A stretch of DNA of 64,000 bases, taken from the IMG/VR virus record IMGVR_UViG_2899584989_000006, positions 359-64,358 of that record; one strand, written 5' to 3'. This DNA is from a virus. The notes beneath the pieces are model-generated. The model made no database searches and was not told the origin of the DNA. It saw only the letters and a program-made list of their open reading frames with translations. The position numbers and the translations under genes were made by a program. Shown piece after piece: positions 57,288-64,000 of the stretch. Within the stretch, counting starts at the first letter, position 1. Each line of letters begins with the position of its first letter.

Positions 57288-57838
57288 TGTTGTTTACTTT
57301 TGAATATAGACTCGAATAATCCCTTACCCTTGTCAAGATGGGCTTGCGCATCAGCCCCAACGAGGCCCATCCCTGCCTGTAATCCTTGATTAGCCGCTTG
57401 CGTGGCGTTTGCCGCCTGTTGATTATAGATAGACAGCCTTTGGTTACTGATATTATTCTTGGTGTTGAGATATTGGGATTCCACAGCATCCTTCCGTGCG
57501 GTAGCGTTAGTGGCTATACCACTGGCGGTATCGGATATCACCTCGCCCGCCGCTTTCTTGGCCTGCGCTACGGACTCATCAGTAGCTCCTACGACCGCGG
57601 CGGTACCGGAGGCCTTACGGTACTGCTCATCCGCTAATTCCCTAGCCTTGGTCAAGGCGGCTTGCGCCTCCGCGCTTTGGGTATAATCCTCGTTATACCT
57701 ACGGTTAAACCAATCCTCATTCTCCTTTGCCTGTTTATCCAACACGGCGTTCGCTTTTCTAGCCGCCTTCCTTGCCTTTATTCCCCCGGCAATGCCACTC
57801 GCCAAGGAACTGGCGGCTCCAACTATCGCTCCGATCAT
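57284..57838 (-). CDS. Probable ejection/pilot protein (P22 gp7-like)
   Basis: MIGAIVGAASSLASGIAGG N-terminus, Ala/Gln-rich. Confidence 0.65.
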   Translation of the reverse strand: MIGAIVGAASSLASGIAGGIKARKAARKANAVLDKQAKENEDWFNRRYNEDYTQSAEAQAALTKARELADEQYRKASGTAAVVGATDESVAQAKKAAGEVISDTASGIATNATARKDAVESQYLNTKNNISNQRLSIYNQQAANATQAANQGLQAGMGLVGADAQAHLDKGKGLFESIFKSKQQ

Positions 57839-57854
57839 AATCTACTGTTTTCTC

Positions 57855-57900
57855 GCAAAAGAGATAAATAAAGTGACTCGTGTTTGTTACTTTGATCATT
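57855..57900 (-). promoter_or_regulatory. Putative phage late promoter, copy 3
   Basis: Minus strand AATGATCAAAGTAACAAA-N23-TTTGC. Confidence 0.7.
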
Positions 57901-58035
57901 ATCTCCCATCGGACACCAAAAAATCAACTATTCTATACTGTTTTCTATCATCTACGAATCATTCGTACATAGTTAGGTCCGGTCATATAGGCATTATTGG
58001 TATATTCGCGGGAACAAATTTTATTATATAATACC

Positions 58036-58266
58036 ATGAACGAGGAACTAAAACAACTTTTGGAGTGGTTCGACAACTACGAGATCACATTTAACGAAAT
58101 CAGACTAAGCCCGTGTCAATACATATTTGACCTCCATAAATTCATTGCTGTACAGACAAACTCTGTCCGAAGAAACTGGGAAAATCCCACATTCGAGTAT
58201 GATATTTTGAGCCTATATCAGCTTAAAAAGGTACTGGAGGAGAAAGAGAAAGAAAATAAGGAATGA
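58036..58266 (+). CDS. Small Bacteroidales hypothetical protein (DUF6965-like)
   Basis: MNEELKQLLEWF...IRLSPCQYIFDL; start re-assigned; upstream GTATATTCGCG is identical to 39952-39962. Confidence 0.6.
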   Translation: MNEELKQLLEWFDNYEITFNEIRLSPCQYIFDLHKFIAVQTNSVRRNWENPTFEYDILSLYQLKKVLEEKEKENKE

Positions 58267-58327
58267 CAATCATTGCATCGTGGATATTCCCTAAATTTGT
58301 ATAGTGTTTAACTAAATAACTAATATC

Positions 58328-58540
58328 ATGGCAAGAACAACGGATTACAAGTTAAAAGGAGAGAAAATCAAAGATCAAATAGATGAGTTAGCAACCGCTC
58401 TTCTTGAGGAGAAGAAAAATTCCTTTGACGAAAATCGGAAAGTAAAAATAGCGAACATTGATTTGGAAGAACTGAATAATATCGAGTTGCAGCAACTGCA
58501 AGTTCGAATTTCAAAGATTTTGGTCGAAAGAACAAAATAG
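58328..58540 (+). CDS. Hypothetical protein
   Basis: 70-aa ORF followed by a terminator. Confidence 0.65.
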   Translation: MARTTDYKLKGEKIKDQIDELATALLEEKKNSFDENRKVKIANIDLEELNNIELQQLQVRISKILVERTK

Positions 58541-58566
58541 TCCTATTTGTCGCATACTAAAAGTAT

Positions 58567-58600
58567 AACGCCCGTGTTTTTTCTGACACGGGCGTTTTTT
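58567..58600. terminator. Intrinsic terminator between convergent genes
   Basis: AACGCCCGTGT...ACACGGGCGTT followed by a T run. Confidence 0.75.
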
Positions 58601-58624
58601 ATTGGTCTATTTGTCTTATAAGTA

Positions 58625-60109
58625 TCAAAAGCCTTTTCCTTTTTGTCTCATAAATATCCGGTATTCGCCTTTATCTAAATTGTCTATCCTAAAATCAACC
58701 TTGGCTCCATCTGGAACAAACGACGGGACATGCCCCGCTAGCTTTTTTATTATTTCGTCAATGTTATTATATCCTATATCCGTAAATGAGAATATCTCCT
58801 TGCCTTGATATATGACACTGCCTTTAATCATCTGTCTAAAAGATATTTTCATCTGATCATCAGGGTAATATTTCACAGGATCCTCATATACCATTTCTTC
58901 CTTTTTTTGGTTAAATACAAAATCAATAACCTTATTGTTTATCTCAGAGACTATAGAGTAATCCGGTCTTACATATATCTCTGTAGTCTTATGAGCGCTT
59001 GAATGATTCATGCAGAAAGCCACGTCATACATTGAGGCTTTTATATCGTTTCTCGCTATGGTTCCCCATGAATGCCGGAAATTATACATACATATAGCAT
59101 TGAGACCGCCATGTTTGCAAATACGTTTCAATCCAGAGTTCATATTTGCGTTGAAAGAATCGTCATCACGATAGGTCTTATGGAAATTAAACAAAAACTC
59201 ATCATCATCCGGTGTAAAGTATTTTTCCATGACAGGACGGAGAATATCCGGAACAATAATCTCCATATACGCCTTATCCCTTCTGAATTTTTGGGTCTTA
59301 GCCCTATTATAACAGAATGTCCAGCCTTTCAAATTGGACTTCTTTGCCCTAAAAAGGTCTACGGTATTAATTCCTGCCAAGCAAAAGACCATCAAGGCTA
59401 CATCCCTAGCCAACTCTGGAAGTGATAATATCATCTTTGTCGGAGGTATGGGTGTCGCGAAAAACTCACGAACGAAGTCCGCATCCAAGGCCCTGTGATC
59501 GGGGGTGTCCGCATTGGGGATTTTTACCTTTAGCCAAGGATTAGTCTTGATCCTGATTATGCCCCTATCGTAATCGTTGAACTCATTTATTGCAGCTTTA
59601 AAAATCTGGCGAACATTAACAGGATACATTTCTTTCGCCCTTGCCGTTGGTAATAAGGTTTTTATCCAGTCATTTATGAATTTCGTGGTAAACCGGGAAA
59701 ACATCAACTTGCTAGTTCCCGCAAATCTCTCAAGATGACAATAGGCCAACTCATAATTCTTGGCGTTACGGGCCATGCCTCTAACTGTTTCCATTTCCCG
59801 TTTATACTTTCTCGCATAATCAGAAAAACAGATATCCTCATCCGCTTTTTCCAGATATTCCACTAGGGTTTTTACATCCCATTGCGATATATCCTCTTTG
59901 TTTGCTCTCTCCACATATCGCATGATTACATCTGAACAGAAGGATACGACAAAAGGATCTTTCACCTCCCCCGTGCGAGTCAACCCTTTTTTATCAACCA
60001 TTTTATCCATTTTTATATAAGAGGATTTACGGTTATGGGTTACTCTGATGTAAACAGGATAGAAGCCATCAGAACGCTGCTTTCTAACACAAATCTTAAA
60101 AGTTGCCAT
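58625..60109 (-). CDS. int: Tyrosine integrase (Bacteroidales type with arm-binding and SAM-like domains)
   Basis: PVYIRVTHNR arm domain; GINTVD, RAKT, YNFRHSWGT (H-x-x-R equivalent), MNH, TTEIY catalytic Tyr. Confidence 0.92.
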   Translation of the reverse strand: MATFKICVRKQRSDGFYPVYIRVTHNRKSSYIKMDKMVDKKGLTRTGEVKDPFVVSFCSDVIMRYVERANKEDISQWDVKTLVEYLEKADEDICFSDYARKYKREMETVRGMARNAKNYELAYCHLERFAGTSKLMFSRFTTKFINDWIKTLLPTARAKEMYPVNVRQIFKAAINEFNDYDRGIIRIKTNPWLKVKIPNADTPDHRALDADFVREFFATPIPPTKMILSLPELARDVALMVFCLAGINTVDLFRAKKSNLKGWTFCYNRAKTQKFRRDKAYMEIIVPDILRPVMEKYFTPDDDEFLFNFHKTYRDDDSFNANMNSGLKRICKHGGLNAICMYNFRHSWGTIARNDIKASMYDVAFCMNHSSAHKTTEIYVRPDYSIVSEINNKVIDFVFNQKKEEMVYEDPVKYYPDDQMKISFRQMIKGSVIYQGKEIFSFTDIGYNNIDEIIKKLAGHVPSFVPDGAKVDFRIDNLDKGEYRIFMRQKGKGF

Positions 60110-60137
60110 ATATCAACACTTTATACATTAAATTTAT

Positions 60138-60312
60138 GGTGTAAACACGGTGTAAACGCCATGTGCAAATATAGCAAACAAAGTGTAAACATCACATATC
60201 ATTCAGATCATTTTACGCTAATAATGACATAAAAATATAAGGCTAATAAACAAGACTCAACCCGTCTATCAGCCTTATATATTGATATTTAAGACTTGCA
60301 GTTTTTAACAGC
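60138..60312. other. Probable attachment-site region: arm-type repeats and hairpin
   Basis: GTGTAAAC x3 (60139, 60150, 60183); inverted repeat ATATAAGGCT...AGCCTTATAT at 60235-60280; abuts the ppdK stop. Confidence 0.55.
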
Positions 60313-63033
60313 CTATCCTTCTATAGCTGCTTGCGCCGCCGCGATACGAGCGATGGGCACTCTAAAAGGTGAACATGATACGTAATTCAAGCCAACTTTA
60401 TGGCAGAACTTAACGGAAGAAGGCTCACCACCATGCTCGCCGCAAATACCACATTTCAAATCCGGACGGATGGCACGACCTTTCTCAGTTGCCATACGAA
60501 CCAGCTGTCCTACACCATTTTGGTCTAGTACTTGGAACGGATCGACCTTCAAAATCTTCTTCTCTAAGTAAACCGGTAAGAAGGAAGCGATATCGTCACG
60601 AGAGTAACCAAATGTCATCTGAGTCAAGTCATTCGTTCCGAATGAGAAGAATTCAGCGCTGGAAGCGATACGATCCGCTGTCAATGCCGCACGAGGAATC
60701 TCGATCATCGTACCTACCTTGAATTCGATACGATCGCCAACTTCCTTGAATAGCTCTTCGGCCGCGGTACGGATCACCTTCTCTTGTTCCTTGAATTCAT
60801 ATAAGATACCTGTTAATGGTACCATGATTTCCGGTTTAGCCTCAATACCTTCTTTCTTCAAATCCAAAGCGGCACCTAAAATGGCCCGAGTCTGCATTTC
60901 CGTAATTTCCGGATATGTATTACCTAGACGGCAACCACGGTGACCCAACATCGGGTTATGCTCGCAAAGAGATTCCACACGTTTTTGGATCTCCTTAACG
61001 GACACGCCCATAGTCTCAGCCATTTCCTCTTGACCTTTCAAATCGTGAGGAACGAACTCATGCAAAGGAGGATCGAGCAAACGAACGGTAACAGGACATC
61101 CGGCCATAGCCTTGAAGATACCCTTAAAGTCCTCTTTCTGATAAGGAAGGATCTTCGCCAACGCTTTCTTACGACCTTCAGCGTCCTCGGCCAAGATCAT
61201 CTCACGCATAGCTTTGATCTTCTCACCCTCGAAGAACATATGCTCCGTACGGCAAAGGCCAATACCAACGGCACCGAAGCTACGAGCGATCGAAGCGTCG
61301 TGAGGCGTATCAGCGTTTGTACGAACTTGCAATTTTGTATATTTATCGGCTAAAGCCATTAACTCCTCGAAATCACCCGATAACTCAGCGGCTTTTGTCT
61401 CAACCTGCCCGACATAGACTTCTCCGGTCGTACCATTGATAGAGATATAATCACCTTCTTTCAAAGTCACGCCATCAACGTCTACAGTCTTATTCTTATA
61501 ATCGATGTTCAAGGCACCAGCACCGGATACGCAGCACTTCCCCATACCACGAGCTACAACAGCGGCATGAGATGTCATACCTCCACGAGCGGTAAGGATA
61601 CCTTCGGCGACAGCCATACCGGCCAAGTCTTCCGGAGAAGTCTCGATACGGACCATGACAACCTTTTTGCCATCGGCATGCCATTTAGCGGCATCATCAG
61701 CGAAGAATACGATCTGTCCAGTAGCGGCACCCGGTGAAGCCGGCAAACCTTTTACCCACACTTTCGCCAGTTTCTCGGCTTTTTTATCGAATACAGGGTG
61801 AAGCAACTCATCTAATTTATTCGGCTCGATACGGTTCAACGCTGTTTTCTCATCGATCATACCTTGATGCAATAAGTCGATTGCGATTTTCACCATAGCG
61901 GCACCGGTACGTTTACCGTTACGGGTTTGCAAGAACCAAAGTTTACCCTCTTGTACGGTAAATTCCATATCTTGCATATCCCGATAATGATCTTCCAATT
62001 TCTCTTGGATAGCGTCTAATTGCTTATAGATTTCCGGCATGGCTTCTTCCATGGACGGATATTTAGCGATACGTTCTTCTTCTGAGATTCCGGCACGTTC
62101 AGCCCAACGTTGTGAACCGATCTTCGTGATCTGTTGCGGGGTACGGATACCGGCTACAACATCCTCACCTTGAGCGTTAATCAAGTACTCGCCATTAAAC
62201 AAGTCCTCACCATTACCCGCGTCACGAGAGAAACAAACGCCTGTAGCGGAAGTATCGCCCATATTACCGAATACCATGGCTTGTACGCTAACCGCCGTTC
62301 CCCACTCGTCTGGAATACCTTCCATCTTACGATACAGGATAGCACGCTCATTCATCCAGCTATTGAACACGGCACAGATAGCGCCCCACAATTGCTCATA
62401 AGCGCAAGTCGGGAAATCCTGTCCGGTCTGGGCCTTAACGGCTGCCTTAAATTTAGAGACCAATGTTTTCAAGTCTTCAACGTCAAGCTCGTTATCTAAC
62501 TTAACGCCTTTCGCTTTCTTTACTTCCTCGATGATCGCCTCAAACGGATCGATATCCTCTTTGCTTGTCGGTTTCATGCCTAATACGACATCTCCGTACA
62601 TTTGAACAAAACGACGATAGGAGTCCCAAGCGAAACGAGCGTTGCCCGTCTTACGAGACAATCCTTCCACTACCTCGTCGTTCAAGCCAAGGTTCAATAT
62701 CGTATCCATCATACCCGGCATGGACGCACGGGCACCGGAGCGAACTGAAACTAACAGAGGATTGGCAACATCACCGAACTTAGAGTTCATTAACGTTTCG
62801 ATATTAGCGATCGCCTTCTCAACATCCGCTTTCAGCAACTCTACGACTTTATCTTTGCCTAACTCGTAATACTCTATACAAACTTCTGTTGTAATCGTGA
62901 ATCCCGGAGGAACCGGTACACCAATCAGATTCATCTCGGCAAGGTTAGCGCCTTTACCACCCAGCAGATTTCTCATATCTGCCTTACCTTCGGCTTTTCC
63001 ATTTCCGAACGTGTAAACTCTTTTTCTTTCCAT
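60313..63033 (-). CDS. ppdK: Pyruvate, phosphate dikinase (host)
   Basis: LLGGKGANLAEM, SVRSGARASMPGMMDT, RGGMTSHAAVVAR, GTNDLTQ, CGEHGG; 906 aa. Confidence 0.98.
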   Translation of the reverse strand: MERKRVYTFGNGKAEGKADMRNLLGGKGANLAEMNLIGVPVPPGFTITTEVCIEYYELGKDKVVELLKADVEKAIANIETLMNSKFGDVANPLLVSVRSGARASMPGMMDTILNLGLNDEVVEGLSRKTGNARFAWDSYRRFVQMYGDVVLGMKPTSKEDIDPFEAIIEEVKKAKGVKLDNELDVEDLKTLVSKFKAAVKAQTGQDFPTCAYEQLWGAICAVFNSWMNERAILYRKMEGIPDEWGTAVSVQAMVFGNMGDTSATGVCFSRDAGNGEDLFNGEYLINAQGEDVVAGIRTPQQITKIGSQRWAERAGISEEERIAKYPSMEEAMPEIYKQLDAIQEKLEDHYRDMQDMEFTVQEGKLWFLQTRNGKRTGAAMVKIAIDLLHQGMIDEKTALNRIEPNKLDELLHPVFDKKAEKLAKVWVKGLPASPGAATGQIVFFADDAAKWHADGKKVVMVRIETSPEDLAGMAVAEGILTARGGMTSHAAVVARGMGKCCVSGAGALNIDYKNKTVDVDGVTLKEGDYISINGTTGEVYVGQVETKAAELSGDFEELMALADKYTKLQVRTNADTPHDASIARSFGAVGIGLCRTEHMFFEGEKIKAMREMILAEDAEGRKKALAKILPYQKEDFKGIFKAMAGCPVTVRLLDPPLHEFVPHDLKGQEEMAETMGVSVKEIQKRVESLCEHNPMLGHRGCRLGNTYPEITEMQTRAILGAALDLKKEGIEAKPEIMVPLTGILYEFKEQEKVIRTAAEELFKEVGDRIEFKVGTMIEIPRAALTADRIASSAEFFSFGTNDLTQMTFGYSRDDIASFLPVYLEKKILKVDPFQVLDQNGVGQLVRMATEKGRAIRPDLKCGICGEHGGEPSSVKFCHKVGLNYVSCSPFRVPIARIAAAQAAIEG

Positions 63034-63351
63034 ATTCGACAGTATTGAATTTAGATTCTAGTTTTGTTGATTTCAACTGTTATATTGCTATCTCAACTTT
63101 GCAATGCTGCAAATATATGCTATTTCTACTTTGCAAGCACGAATAGCGTTAAAGATTTTTACATGTTTTACAACTATTCTTTACCATTTATATCCAGCAA
63201 ATGCTTACATTTGCGTGCGGAAGTTTGTTGACGCTTCCATTTCCCATCGGATTTCCCGCCTATCTCTTTGCCCCTTACATATAATATATGATCTTTTTCT
63301 TTTATTTGTCTATTTATTTCCAATAGGAAGACTCAGGAGTTTTTTGCTGAA

Positions 63352-63430
63352 GAAACTTTAGTTTCTACAGCATGAAACTAAAGTTTCTCCCAGCAAGAAC
63401 TAAAGTTTTTCTATAGCGAAACAAAGTATT
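63352..63430. repeat. Tandem imperfect palindromes with 22-bp period (host intergenic)
   Basis: GAAACTTTAGTTTC, GAAACTAAAGTTTC, AGAACTAAAGTTTT, GAAACAAAGTATT at 63352, 63374, 63396, 63418. Confidence 0.6.
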
Positions 63431-63784
63431 TTAATGTAACTTCTTGAATTTTATTTATTTATAGAAGTATTCAAAGATATAGGTAACGATTTGGTTGCAA
63501 AAGTCTTGCTTTCAGTTACACTGCTTTGCATAATTTCAAATAACTATGTACAAATATAGATAATAGTTGCAATATAGCCAAATTTATTCAGATATATTTT
63601 GTGTATAATATTGGATATTAGCATCTTGACTTATATCGATGCATGAATTTCTTCCCATTGGAATAGCTGGAATTACCCTCTGGCTATTTTTGTGCCTTTT
63701 TGTCGATTGCTCAACGGTTGAGTAACCAATGGCCCCATAATAACTTTGTAATATTGCACCATAAACGATAAAAACAAGGTCAAT

Positions 63785-64000
63785 ATGAATAACAGAAAAG
63801 TCGTACCAGGTGTCGGAGTTACCCATATGTTAAGTACCATCCTTGCCAAAGTGAATAGGATTGAGCAGTTGCTTTCACCCAATATTGAAAACCTGCCGGA
63901 CAGCGAGATTCTGGATTCAAAAGGAGTCCGCCTGCTGACTAAGATGTCCGACAGGACACTTTTGAGACGTCGAAATGACGGCACGCTGCCCTTTCACCGC
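63785..64000 (+). CDS. HTH_17/excisionase-like DNA-binding protein (partial, runs off the window)
   Basis: MNNRK...ILDSKGVRLLTKMSDRTLLRRRNDGTLPF, read directly. Confidence 0.7.
   Translation, partial: MNNRKVVPGVGVTHMLSTILAKVNRIEQLLSPNIENLPDSEILDSKGVRLLTKMSDRTLLRRRNDGTLPFHR

Larger units (their letters stand above)
1..60310. mobile_element. Integrated temperate prophage (right part; left end lies outside the window), Bacteroidales host, podovirus-like
   Basis: Contiguous phage replication, terminase, portal, capsid, tail and lysis genes; a tyrosine integrase is the last gene before host ppdK. Confidence 0.95.

Noticed and set aside
1..60310. Stop-codon reassignment as in some gut phages
   Set aside because: Genes, including a 14-kb ORF, are intact in the standard code and no suppressor tRNA is evident
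63104..63984. ORFs 63104-63361, 63584-63826 and 63673-63984
   Set aside because: No recognisable features; the plus-strand HTH ORF from 63785 explains the region better

Overview
Positions 1 to about 60,310 are the right-hand ~60 kb of an integrated temperate Bacteroidales prophage. The host looks Parabacteroides/Bacteroides-like, inferred from TAnnTTTG promoters, SD-less A-rich start regions and the ppdK sequence. The virion is probably podovirus-type: there is a portal, major capsid, scaffold, terminase, adaptors, tail nozzle, tail fibre/spike and ejection proteins, and no tape measure. Left to right the window holds recombination/replication genes, a C5 methyltransferase, early accessory genes, virion genes split over both strands, a four-gene module, hicAB, a lysis cassette, tail genes, head genes, a non-coding RNA region, a nuclease moron, a 4744-aa polyvalent MTase/helicase protein and a tyrosine integrase abutting the 3' end of host ppdK. 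The most unusual signals are five. (1) An array plus dispersed copies of GNRA-capped hairpin units, many preceded by a sequence antisense to a start-codon region: a candidate phage-encoded multi-sRNA silencing system. (2) Three small genes overprinted in the +1 frame of the linkers of the giant protein. (3) A 191-nt tRNA-Leu-like RNA with a structured insert. (4) A late-promoter motif with exactly conserved spacing. (5) A PD-(D/E)XK nuclease-FtsK fusion and a three-domain Tad2/DUF2829 fusion. All family calls come from motif recognition by eye; no searches were run.
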